Source: Eledone cirrhosa (lineage: Eukaryota). Taken from it: a DNA stretch of 64,000 bases. The position numbers and the translations under genes are program-made. The notes under the pieces are model-generated. The model ran no database searches. It was not told where the DNA came from and saw only the letters and a list, made by a program, of their open reading frames with translations. The DNA is taken from assembly GCA_964016885.1 (NCBI GenBank), contig OZ024760.1, forward strand, positions 9,300,001-9,364,000, read 5' to 3'. Below are positions 25,735 through 38,367 of this stretch, in pieces (within the stretch, counting starts at the first letter, position 1; each line of letters opens with the position of its first letter).

Positions 25735-27276
25735 TTACAACAGAACTTACTACTCTCTGTTGTGGAGTTAACTAACAACAAACATATTGTCTATTGTGAT
25801 TGGAAAGGCTTGAACAACACATCACATTAGCCATTACAACAGAACTTACTACTCTCTGTTGTGTAGTTAACTAACAACAAACATATTGTCTATTGTGATT
25901 GGAAAGGCTTGAACAACACATCACATTAGCCATTACAACAGAACTTACTACTCTCTGTTGTGTAGTTAACTAACAACAAACATATTGTCTATTGTGATTG
26001 GAAAGGCTTGAACAACACATCACATTAGCCATTACAACAGAACTTACTACTCTCTGTTGTGGAGTTAACTAACAACAAACATATTGTCTATTCTGATTGG
26101 AAAGGCTTGAACAACACAACATCACATTAGCCATTACAACAGAACTTACTACTCTCTGTTGTGGAGTTAACTAACAACAAACATATTGTCTATTGTGATT
26201 GGAAAGGCTTGAACAACACATCACATTAGCCATTACAACAGAACTTACTACTCTCTGTTGTGGAGTTAACTAACAACAAACATATTGTCTATTGTGATTG
26301 GAAAGGCTTGAACAACACATCACATTAGCCATTACAACAGAACTTACTACTCTCTGTTGTGGAGTTAACTAACAACAAACATATTGTCTATTGTGATTGG
26401 AAAGGCTTGAACAACACATCACATTAGCCATTACAACAGAACTTACTACTCTCTGTTGTGGAGTTAACTAACAACAAACATATTGTCTATTGTGATTGGA
26501 AAGGCTTGAACAACACATCACATTAGCCATTACAACAGAACTTACTACTCTCTGTTGTGGAGTTAACTAACAACAAACATATTGTCTATTGTGATTGGAA
26601 AGGCTTGAACAACACATCACATTAGCCATTACAACAGAACTTACTACTCTCTGTTGTGGAGTTAACTAACAACAAACATATTGTCTATTGTGATTGGAAA
26701 GGCTTGAACAACACATCACATTAGCCATTACAACAGAACTTACTACTCTCTGTTGTGGAGTTAACTAACAACAAACATATTGTCTATTGTGATTGGAAAG
26801 GCTTGAACAACACATCACATTAGCCATTACAACAGAACTTACTACTCTCTGTTGTGGAGTTAACTAACAACAAACATATTGTCTATTGTGATTGGAAAGG
26901 CTTGAACAACACATCACATTAGCCATTACAACAGAACTTACTACTCTCTGTTGTGTAGTTAACTAACAACAAACATATTGTCTATTGTGATTGGAAAGGC
27001 TTGAACAACACATCACATTAGCCATTACAACAGAACTTACTACTCTCTGTTGTGTAGTTAACTAACAACAAACATATTGTCTATTGTGATTGGAAAGGCT
27101 TGAACAACACATCACATTAGCCATTACAACAGAACTTACTACTCTCTGTTGTGGAGTTAACTAACAACAAACATATTGTCTATTCTGATTGGAAAGGCTT
27201 GAACAACACAACATCACATTAGCCATTACAACAGAACTTACTACTCTCTGTTGTGGAGTTAACTAACAACAAACAT
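25735..27276. repeat. 99-bp satellite, ~15.5 near-identical copies
   Basis: TTACAACAGAACTTACTACTCTCTGTTGTG(G/T)AGTTAACTAACAACAAACATATTGTCTATTGTGATTGGAAAGGCTTGAACAACACATCACATTAGCCA. Confidence 0.97.
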
Positions 27277-27370
27277 AAACATTACAACTGTGTCTGTGAT
27301 ATATATTAAAGGAAATAACTTTCAGCTACAATACACAGAAAAATTCTTTAGATTCTCATTCTTACTGCTG

Positions 27371-27371
<1 letters not shown>

Positions 27372-27461
<90 letters not shown>

Positions 27462-27492
27462 TCCTTCTTCCTCTCTTTCTTCCTCTCTCTCT
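27372..27492. repeat. (CT)n microsatellite
   Basis: Direct inspection. Confidence 0.95.
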
Positions 27493-27635
27493 AGTTGCCC
27501 TTCTCTGAAATTCTCCTAACATGTTTATTAGAGGGGACCACACCAAAATATGACATTTTCACAATCTACTTTCCTTAGCGGATGTTGCAAATATTTCCAT
27601 TCCATGCACCCCCCCGCCCCTGCCACCTGTTTCAA

Positions 27636-27685
<50 letters not shown>

Positions 27686-27829
27686 ACATGTCTATGGATG
27701 TAGGTATCATGGTTTACCAACCAGAACCACCAGTTCTACCCATTAGTAATCAAACATAAATGGTATATATATATATTAATTCTGGCAATATTACGCAAAT
27801 ATGACCCTCCCCAAATATAACAATATATT

Positions 27830-27863
<34 letters not shown>

Positions 27864-27963
27864 ATGTGTATTGAGTACTCTGTTGAGTAACGGTCTAACC
27901 TATTTCAAACTGATTCCGTCCTGATATATATATATATATATATGATATATATATATATATATG

Positions 27964-27997
<34 letters not shown>

Positions 27998-28146
27998 ATA
28001 TATATATATATATTATATATATACATACCATTATCGAGGTTGACTTTGCCTTTCATCCTTACGGGGTCGATAAAATAAAGTACCAGTAATGCACTGGGTA
28101 ATTGCTGGCCTTGTGCCTAAAGTAGAAACAATTATATATACATACC

Positions 28147-28182
<36 letters not shown>

Positions 28183-28459
28183 GGTATATATATATATATA
28201 AACGTTTGTATATGTATAATAAAGCCAAAACAATGCAGGTATGGACATAGAATAAAGAATGCAAATGCAAAAGATATTGTTGACAATTAGTCTTTTACCT
28301 TAGATTTATTTAAATGTCCTTAATTTTCGAGATAATATCTCTTCTTCGGAGGGAAGTAAAGCAGTTAAACCAGTGTTCTAAATAACTTGCCAAGTCATGC
28401 TGACAGGAAATGGTATAGAGTATCTGTTCTATCTCTAATATCAAAGCGTTAAGGTTAGG

Positions 28460-28513
<54 letters not shown>

Positions 28514-28565
28514 CATACCATTATATATATATATAATGGTATATTTATATATATATATATATATA

Positions 28566-28787
28566 TAAAGAATGAATAATAACAGGTAGACATCATAAAA
28601 AGGTAATTTATTCTGTGTGCTTACAAATGTTTCCATGGTGTTTATACAGCCTAGTTATGCTATGTGAAAATTTATAACTAAATTTGCACATAGCATAACT
28701 AGGCCGTATAACCACCATGGAAACATTTGTAAGCACACAGAATAAATTACCTTTTTATGATGTCTACCTGTTATTATTCATTCTTTA
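28566..28787. repeat. Near-perfect 222-bp palindrome (foldback/MITE)
   Basis: TAAAGAATGAATAATAACAGGTAGAC...TATGCTATGTG[~20 nt]CACATAGCATA...GTCTACCTGTTATTATTCATTCTTTA; only a few arm mismatches. Confidence 0.9.
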
Positions 28788-28887
28788 CTAACACTCTGGA
28801 ATACAGAAGGATCAGGAACTGAGTTTCTTCAACTATTCTTCCATAACTTGTTGAGTAACCCCTCACCGTACGTCAACTCTATCCAGT

Positions 28888-29232
28888 GTAGGCACATGGC
28901 TTCGTGGTTAGAGCATTGGCCTTGCAATCGAAAGGTTGTGAGTTCAATTCTCAGACCGGGTGATGTGTTGTTTCCTTGAGCAAGACACTTTATTTCACAT
29001 TGCTCCAGTTTACTCAGCTGTAGAAATGAGATGATAGGGACTGGGGTCCATATCATTCCACTGCAAAGTGGTCGTGGAGGTGCCACGGCAAAAAAAAGCA
29101 CCCAGCCCATACTGTAAATGAGATTGGTGTTAGGAAGGGCATCCAGCTGTAGAAATCAAGCCAGAAATCAGCTAGAAATCAAGCCAGAATCCCTGCAAGA
29201 AGGGAAAAGTGGACGTAAAATGAAATGATGAA
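28888..29232 (+). mobile_element. Family B SINE
   Basis: A box TGGCTTCGTGG, B box GAGTTCAATTC, CORE-like TCCTTGAGCAAGACACTT. Confidence 0.85.
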
Positions 29233-30464
29233 TATATATATTCGCTTACACGTTTTTTTTTGTTTTCTGTTTACTGTCTCAACTTTAAAATATATATATA
29301 TCATCATTATCATCGTTTAACGTCTATCTTCCACGCTAGCATATATATATATGTATGTACATATATGTATGTACATGTATGTATGTATGTATGTATGTAT
29401 GTATGTATGTATGTATGTATGTATGTATGTATGTATGTGTGTATGTATATATTTATGTATGTATGTCAGGTCACCAGTTGGTGCTACTGGTATCATGTAT
29501 CCCAGTACAACCTGTCCCATAGTCGGGTCGTTGGCGACTAAACTGGCAACCCCACCAAGGTTTCTTGGTGAGGAGGGTGACTTTGGACATCCTGCAGGAC
29601 TAAAAACAAAACCTGTCAAAGGGCAAAGGAGCTCTTAAGAGTCAATGGCCATCCTAAATCACCGGGAGAGATGACCCCTTAGCCTTTGTTAAGGCAGAAT
29701 TCTAGGAGAAGGAAAACTCTGATATAACACCTGCAACTCTGATGGTATTCAATGATGTTGACTTGTTCTTCTTTTTGGTAAATATCATCTTGGTTAAGAG
29801 AGTAGGACTGGCTTTGTGCAGTGCCTTTGCTCACTATAAAAGCTTCACAGCACAGGCATTGCTTTATATCTGGAGATCTCTCTGCACTTGTCGTCATATG
29901 GTACCATGGGCCCAGCACTATGTGTCAATAATTGTCACAAGTGTAGTGTTTGTACCAGAGTTTTCAAGTCGCTGGCTGAACTAAAAAGTCACACTCGTTC
30001 AGCGCATCGGTAGGGGTTCCCCTACATGGATATAAAGTAGTGGCCGTACTCGAAAACGAGTTGGCAGCCACCATGTTTGTATGTATGTACACATATATAT
30101 ATATATGTATAGAATCTGTCAACAACATTGACCTAGCTTACAGTTGATAGGCACATATACAGAAATATAGATGTACTTTAACTGTTTCATACTAAGACAT
30201 CTCAAACTGCCTATAGTTATTTTAAAATGTTTATATTTATCTATGTAGAAATGAGTTGCAACTTCACTTGTGCCAAGCTTTACTGGTTATGGCCTTTTCT
30301 TTACACAACATTGGTGACATGGAGAGGGGAGACTGATATGCATGGGTGACTACTGATCTTCCACAAAAATACCTGGCCTGGACTTGTGCCTCAGAGGAGA
30401 ACTTCCTAGGTTGAAAATCTATGGTCATTCTTGACTGCAGTAGGTCTTTACTCTTTTCACTTAA

Positions 30465-30662
30465 AATAATTGTTTTTCTACTTTTGGAACAAGGCCAGCA
30501 ATTATCCCAGTGCATTACTGGTACCTTATTTTATCGACCCCGTATGATGAAAGGCAAATTTAACCTCGGGGACAGATTTGAACTCAGGCTGTAAAGAGAC
30601 GTAACTCTATGCTGGAAAGCATGGCATCTGACCCTTTACCGATACTGCCAATCTACCGCCCT
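30465..30662 (-). mobile_element. Family A SINE with target-site duplication
   Basis: Flanked by CTTTTCACTTAAAATAAT on both sides (~30453 and 30661). Confidence 0.85.
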
Positions 30663-31639
30663 TTTCACTTAAAATAATGAAGTATGGGTTGGTGTCAGAT
30701 TTTATGGGCAAAACCAACTAGCAGGGACCCCGGGTGTAGACCCCGAGCAAGATGGTTGGATAACATCCATGAGCTTGCCTGGTCTCGCTTGGGGATCCAG
30801 CCAGATCAGTTGGAGATGGTTGTGCTTCTGACGGGTCTCTGCCCCCAATGACCTTCTCAGGAATATGTCGTAGAAGAAGAAGGGTTGGTATGAAGAAGGG
30901 CATTCAGGTGTAGAAACTTCCTTGAAAAAGTGTTATCGCAATCCTTTCAACTATGGAAATAGCTGATATATATAAAAATGATGGCATTGAATGTTGTAGA
31001 GCCCCGTAGAGGACAGTTATAACTGAAGTGGTGGAAGTCAAGGCCTTTTTTATACTCAAAAGATTTCAATAATCCATTGTGACACGAACAACTTCCTCTT
31101 TCTTCAACTAATTATATATTCTATGTATCAATGGCCATGACATACTTCAGAAATACTTCAGAATTCTCATAGTTAGAATGATATTGATATTAATATTACT
31201 AATTGTTTCTACTTTTGGCAGAAGGTCAACAATTGTTAGTCCACCACTCAACCGATACAACCAATTCACCAGCCTTAACCCTTTACCATTTACATTACTC
31301 TCTATATACTATTGTATTTTCACAGTACAGGTTTTACCTCACATAATTATCTCACATAATATCAAATCTATGAAATTATTTATTTTGAGAACAATACCTT
31401 AACATCAGTATGAGCAACTGGTTACAGCCGGTTTGGAAAGAAAGAGGTGAGAAAATTTTGGCCGGATACAGCCGGTTTAAATGCTAAAGGGTTAATCTAT
31501 ATTATAATAAGGGTAATAATAATAATAACAATGTAAGTATATACCTAGTGGGGTTTATGGTGGTAGAGGTGTGGAGGGGAAAAGCAAAGCTGACATTAGG
31601 GTGAGGCAAGATTTGTACTTTGAATGTAAACACTCGAAA

Positions 31640-33665
31640 CACACTGCCACCACTGACACCACGACAACAAACACTACCACCACAACAACCATCACTACAA
31701 CCACTACAACCACCACCACCACCACCACCACAACAACCACCATCACTACCACCACCACAACAACAACTGCCACCACCACAACCACCGTCATCACGACAAC
31801 AACCACTACCACCACAATAACAAACGCCACCACTACCACCACCACCACTACCACCACAACTGCCACCACAACCACTACCACCACAACTGCCACCACCACC
31901 ACAACTACAACAACTGCCACCACCACAACCACCGTCACCACGACAACAGCACTACCACCACAATAACAAACGCCACCACTACCACCACCACCACTACCAC
32001 TACAACTGCCACCACAACCACTACCACCACAACTGCCACCACCACCACAACTACAACAACTGCCACCACCACAACCACCGTCACCACGACAACAGCACTA
32101 CCACCACAATAACAAACGCCACCACTACCACCACCACCACTACCACTACAACTGCCACCACAACCACTACCACCACAACTGCCACCACCACCACAACTAC
32201 AACAACTGCCACCACCACAACCACCATCACTGTCACCACTACCATCACAATAACAAACGCCACCACCACCACGACAAACGCCACCACCACAACTACAACT
32301 GCCACCACCACAACCACCATCACTGTCACCACTACTACCACAACTACAACTGCCACCACCACAACCACCATCACTGTCACCACTACTACCACAACTACAA
32401 CTGCCACCACCACAACCACCATCACTGTCACCACTACTACCACAACTACAACTGCCACCACCACAACCACCATCACTGTCACCACTACTACCACAACTAC
32501 AACTGCCACCACCACAACCACCATCACTGTCACCACTACCATCACAATAACAAACGCCACCACCACCACGACAAACGCCACCACCACCACCACCACCACC
32601 ACAACTACAACTGCCACCACCACAACCACCATCACTGTCACCACTACTACCACAACTACAACTGCCACCACCACAACCACCATCACTGTCACCACTACTA
32701 CCACAACTACAACTGCCACCACCACAACCACCATCACTGTCACCACTACTACCACAACTACAACTGCCACCACCACAACCACCATCACTGTCACCACTAC
32801 CATCACAATAACAAACGCCACCACCACCACGACAAACGCCACCACCACCACCACCACCACCACAACTACAACTGCCACCACCACAACCACCATCACTGTC
32901 ACCACTACTACCACAACTACAACTGCCACCACCACAACCACCATCACTGTCACCACTACTACCACAATAACAAATGCCACCACCACCACCACGACAAACG
33001 CCACCACCACCACCACCACAACTGCCACCACCACAACCACCATCACTGTCACCACTACTACCACAATAACAAATGCCACCACCACCACCACGACAAACGC
33101 CACCACCACCACCACCACAACTGCCACCACCACAACCACCATCACTGTCACCACTACTACCACAATAACAAATGCCACCACCACCACCACGACAAACGCC
33201 ACCACCACCACCACCACAACTGCCACCACCACAACAACCACCACCACCACCACAACTACCACAATAACAAATGCCACCACCACCACCACGACAAACGCCA
33301 CCACCACCACCACCACAACTGCCACCACCACAACCACCATCACTGTCACCACTACTACCACAATAACAAATGCCACCACCACCACCACGACAAACGCCAC
33401 CACCACCACCACCACAACTGCCACCACCACAACAACCACCACCACCACCACAACTACCACAATAACAAATGCCACCACCACCACCACGACAAACGCCACC
33501 ACCACCACCACCACAACTGCCACCACCACCACGACAAACGCCACCACCACCACAACTGCCACCACCACAACAACCACCACAACTACAACAACCACCACCA
33601 CCACAACAACCACCACCACCACAACAACCACCACAACTACAACAACTGCCACCACCACAACCATC
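31640..33665. repeat. 2-kb (ACC/ACA/ACT)n triplet tract with higher-order repeats
   Basis: Recurring blocks ACAACTACAACTGCCACCACCACAACCACCATCACTGTCACCACTACTACC. Confidence 0.9.
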
Positions 33666-33804
33666 CATTGGCCACATGCATCCATTTGTACAAATATATA
33701 TAGAAACAAATAATAAATATACTCATTTAAAAATAGACCCAAGTCAAAATCACCAAAAGCAAACTTGTATATATATATTATAGATGGTGATGATGATGAT
33801 GATG

Positions 33805-33805
<1 letters not shown>

Positions 33806-33851
<46 letters not shown>

Positions 33852-33963
33852 GTAAAAGGATGATGATGATAGTGATGGTTAACATATTGACTTTGTGGAT
33901 AGATAAGTGTTGATATCTATTTTGATCTGTGTGTATGTGTATATATATATATGTATATATATA

Positions 33964-33999
<36 letters not shown>

Positions 34000-34189
34000 C
34001 GTGTGTGTGTGTGTGTATATATGTAGTGTGTCTATATATGTGTGTGTGTATATATATATACACACACGTGTGTGTGTGTGTGTGTGTATATATGTGTGTG
34101 TATATATATACACGTGTGTGTGTGTGTAGATGTGTATATATATATATATACACACACGTGTCTGTGTGTGTGTATATATGTGTGTGTAT

Positions 34190-34222
<33 letters not shown>

Positions 34223-34263
34223 CATGTGTGTGTTTATGTGTGTGTAGATGTGTGTGTATATAC

Positions 34264-34298
<35 letters not shown>

Positions 34299-34313
34299 CA
34301 CACGTGTGTGTGC

Positions 34314-34371
<58 letters not shown>

Positions 34372-34415
34372 ATGTATAGCTGTGTGTGTATATATATGTA
34401 TGTGTGTGTATGTAT
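33806..34415. repeat. (AT)n/(GT)n compound microsatellite
   Basis: Direct inspection. Confidence 0.95.
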
Positions 34416-35477
34416 TAATAGTAAAATAAATAGAAGCCACCATATTCTAGTTGAAAGTATGTATACAGAGTTGACAGTCAAGTTTATTTATCAGCTAACT
34501 GTGTACCTAGGAGGCAGTAAAGAGGCTTTTAAGAAAGGAGGAGGACTTTGGATACTGATAAATATAATTTGGGAGAAGAAGAGGGATTGTTTAAACTAGG
34601 GTTTCTGTACTAAGTTGTGATCATCACCACCACAACCATCATCACCATTATCTCTCAAAATAATCTCAAAATTTGCCTGTGTCCTCTACAAATATTTGAG
34701 GAGAGGGAGTGACTGTTAGCCCTATAAGTAACACTCTACCATTCACATTACTCTACATATACTATTGTATTTTCACGGTAAAGGCTTAACCTCACATAAT
34801 TATTTCACATAATATCGAACCAATGAGATTTTGATATTATTTATTTTGAGAATAATACCTTAACTTTGGTCTTAACAGAAAGTGGTGAGAGAATTCTGGC
34901 CAGATATGGCCGGTTTAAATGCTAAAGGGTTAAATAGGAAAGAGAAGGAGCGACTGCTAACCCTATATTTAAATAGAAAAGAGGAATGACTTGCTACCCC
35001 TATATTTAAATAGTAGAGAGAAGGTGTGACTGCTAGCCCTATATTTAAATAGGGGAGGGGTAGTGACTGCTAGACTTAGAAGCTCCAACGTCTTGAGTTG
35101 CATGAGGCTGTCAAAGTGCTCTACTAACCACAGTCAGTTGCATCTATTAGTACATCATTCAACAGGCTTCTGGTCTCTGTTGATTGTCTGCCTCTAGTTC
35201 ATCTTGTGATGTCCTTTTTGCCTCTATATTTAACCCTATAGCATTTACATTACTCTATATATACTATTGTATTTTCACATTAAAGGCTTTATCTTACATA
35301 ATTATCACACATAATATCGAATCTACAAGATTTTGATGTTAATTATTTTGAGAATAATACCTTAATGTAGATATGATCAGCCAGTTACAGCCGGTTTGAA
35401 TGGAAAGAGGTGAGAGAGTTCTGGCTGGATACAGCCAGTTCAAATGCTAATTATTTTTGTTTCTTTTAATAGCTAGT

Positions 35478-35629
35478 GTGAAGGCGCGTGGCCGAGTGGT
35501 TAGAGAACTGGATATTTCACGTTGCTCCTTCTACCTGGAGTTGCGACCGATAAATAGTATTAGCAATTGGAAAGACCAAAGAAAACATTGTTTCCTCAGT
35601 CCAATTTGACAAAAGTCGATCGACAAATG
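35478..35629 (+). mobile_element. Short SINE-like insertion with 13-bp TSD
   Basis: TTTAATAGCTAGT at 35465-35477 and 35630-35642; head GGCGCGTGGCCGAGTGGTTAGAG (A box). Confidence 0.7.
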
Positions 35630-36314
35630 TTTAATAGCTAGTTAATACCAATATTCATATTTTCTCTTGGGTTGGACTGTAAGTTCCCGCCGACTTTTCA
35701 AAAGGAGGCATTTTGGAAGGGTTTCTAAGTATGTGTATATGTGTGTGTGTGTGTGTATAGGTAAAAGACACCCACATATATATATATATACACACACATA
35801 TATATATATATGTACACATATACACACACATATAGATATGTACACATATACACACACATATATATATATATATGTACACATATACACACGCATATAGATA
35901 TGTACACATATACACACATATATATATGTACACATACACACACACATACAGGGCTTCCAATTTCATTTTACATTAAATAAATGTCTATATTTTATTTTAA
36001 AAATATTTTTAAGGGAACGTGACCCAACGGGTTGCGGGTGGTCTAGTATTTATTTAAAAACCTTTCATTGTAATTTTATGTAAGAACCTTTGTTAAGTTA
36101 TGCTCCAAACACGAACTTGATATTGAGAAAGTTAGATTATTAATCCCTCCAAATTTTTGACTATTTTCAAAATTATTTAAAAATCATAGGCAGTGTAGTT
36201 TATTAGAAATATAGTAAAGAAAGTATGTTAGTGTCCACTTTATTGTTGGCTGTCTTCAGAGCTTCCTAAGTGTTCATTATATATATTTAACTGTTTCTTC
36301 CACTTTCATTGCAG

Positions 36315-36427
36315 ATCTTCAGCTTGCGGCTGAGATTGGGAAAGCTCTCCTGGAGAACAACAAAGAGCTAGAAAGTCAGACTGTCCACTTACAAACTATT
36401 AATGCTGAACAAGCACAGGAACTTGAT
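36315..36427 (+). CDS. CDR2: CDR2-like coding exon 2 (DLQLAAEIGKALLENNKELE..., CC1-box)
   Basis: TTGCAG|AT...GAT|GTAAGT; matches the CDR2 N-terminal DLQLAAELGKTLL motif. Confidence 0.95.
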
Positions 36428-36606
36428 GTAAGTTGACATTTGTTGTAGCCTTCATAATTACTATAGTTGACACTGTATTAGGTTTACAATAGGTACACTG
36501 TATCCCTGTGTGTATATGGTTTAGAAAAGGCACACTATATCCTAGTAAAAGGGAGTGGCACCAAGAAGGACAACTGGCAGTAAAACATTACCTCAAAAAT
36601 GACCCA

Positions 36607-36832
36607 AGATCATCATCATCATCATCATCATCATTTTACGTCCGCTTTTCCCTGCTTGCAAGGGTGGGACGGGTTTTATTTAGCACAGCATCTCTTCACT
36701 CGTCACGGTCCCTCGTCATCTCCACCGTGAGCTTCAATGATCTGAGGTCTGTTCTCACCACCTCCGCCCATGTTTTTCGTGGTCTACCTCTACCACGTCT
36801 TCCTTCAACTGGCATTTCCTGGCACTTCTTCA
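36607..36832 (-). mobile_element. RTE LINE extreme 3' end with (GAT)n tail
   Basis: Minus strand KKCQEMPVEGRRGRGRPRKTWAEVVRTDLRSLKLTVEMTRDRDE*, then 3' UTR CCCACCCTTGCAAGCAGGGAAAAGCGGACGTAAAATGATGATG. Confidence 0.85.
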
Positions 36833-37274
36833 AGATATATATATATATATATATCATCATCATCATCATCATCAACGTTTAACGTCCGTGTTCCATGCTT
36901 GCATGGGTTTGGACGGGGGTAGTCCCACATGAGGCAAGAGTGATTGTCTTGCTCGCATAGGACTGTCTGGCAGGTTTTCTACAGTTGGATGCCCTTCCTA
37001 ACACCAACCACATTTACAGTGTATATATATATATCTTGCAAGCAGGGAAGAGCGGACGTAAAATGATGATGATGATGATTTAATACCTAATATGTATGTA
37101 TGTATATATATATTTTTTTTTTTTGGAGACCCCATGTATATATGATAATTAGATCTTTGTTCTACCCAATTGCCACTGACCCAGTTCATTTTAAATATAT
37201 ATATTAACTGATAAACTTTAAAAATAACTATTATGGCCATTATCTGCTTCATATAACCCTACTTCCCACCGTAT

Positions 37275-37541
37275 GAGAGAAAAAACTGTAATTATGAGAA
37301 GTACAAACAAGATAGACCCAAAAAATATTCAATCTAAAATCACTAATATATAGATCTCCCTGCCATGGTTTCATACGGGGAAGAATTCTTATTGGAACCA
37401 CCAATAATTGAAGAATCTGCCATACTTTTCAGGGGAGTTTTAATTCTTCAAGTCTAAGAGAATTTGAACAAGATATGAAAGTTTAGATAGAATATTTTTT
37501 TTGTTTATCTTGTTTGTACTCCCATAGAGTTTTTTTCTCTC
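37275..37541. mobile_element. MITE with ~60-bp imperfect inverted termini
   Basis: GAGAGAAAAAAAC..AGTACAAACAAGATA..AAAAAATATTC vs GAATATTTTTT..TATCTTGTTTGTACT..GTTTTTTTCTCTC. Confidence 0.6.
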
Positions 37542-37674
37542 TTGATTTTAATATATAATATCGCTTCTCTGAGAGATTTCTCGCATTGAGATGTTTAAGT
37601 ATTAGAGACTAGTTAACCTTTAGTTATTATATACACACACACACGCACACACACACGCACACGCACGTATTTAT

Positions 37675-38020
37675 GGAGGCACATGGTTTAGTGGTTAGAG
37701 CATTGGCCTTGCAATCGAAAGGTTGTGAGTTCAATTCTCATACCGGGTGATGTGTTGTGTCCTTGAGCAAGACACTTTATTTCACATTGCTCCAGTTTAC
37801 TCAGCTGTAGAAATGAGATGGTAGGGACTGGGGGCCTATATCATTCCACTGCAAAGTGGTCGTGGAGGTGCCACGGCAAAAAAGCACCCAGCACTCACTG
37901 TAAATGAGGTTGGTGTTAGGAAGGGCATCCAGCTGTAGAAATCAAGCCAGAGTCAGTTCACGTCCCACCCTTGCAAGCAGGGAAAAGCGGACGTAAAATG
38001 ATGATGATGATGATGATGAT
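37675..38020 (+). mobile_element. Family B SINE, full length
   Basis: tRNA head, CORE-like centre, RTE-derived tail and (GAT)n. Confidence 0.9.
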
Positions 38021-38178
38021 ATGTATATACTTGATGAAAACGTACTTAAACACCATTGTACCTTTGAAATATGTATAATAAAATATATATTTTGATTATG
38101 AGAATATTTTTCATTTGTTAATATTTTGAATAATATATATATATATATATCTATCTTTTTTTTCTTATTCTTCTCTAG

Positions 38179-38327
38179 TTTTTAAACAAACAGTTGGAAG
38201 CTTTACGTCAGGTGAATGAATCAAGGATGCGTATTTATGAAGAATTGGACAAGAATGTGCAAGATCTGGAGAAAACAAACCTAAGACTTGTCACAGATCA
38301 CCGAGCTGATAAACAAAGAATAGAATC
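38179..38327 (+). CDS. CDR2: CDR2-like coding exon 3 (FLNKQLEALRQVNESRMRIYEELDKNVQDLEKTNLRLVTDHRADKQRIE)
   Basis: TTCTCTAG|TTT...TC|GTAAAT (phase 0 to 2); aligns by eye with CDR2 YLTKQVELLRQMNEQHAKVYEQLD. Confidence 0.95.
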
Positions 38328-38367
38328 GTAAATAACATCTTTTTCTCATTATATTCCTCCATTATAC

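Noticed and set aside
29470-30075. Short ORFs and a GGCAAC X-box half-site
   Set aside because: Looks like a degraded retroelement 5' region; no coherent coding signal
37675-37750. tRNA gene candidates at SINE heads
   Set aside because: A/B boxes are present, but the heads continue into SINE bodies, are multi-copy and diverged, and show no intact cloverleaf
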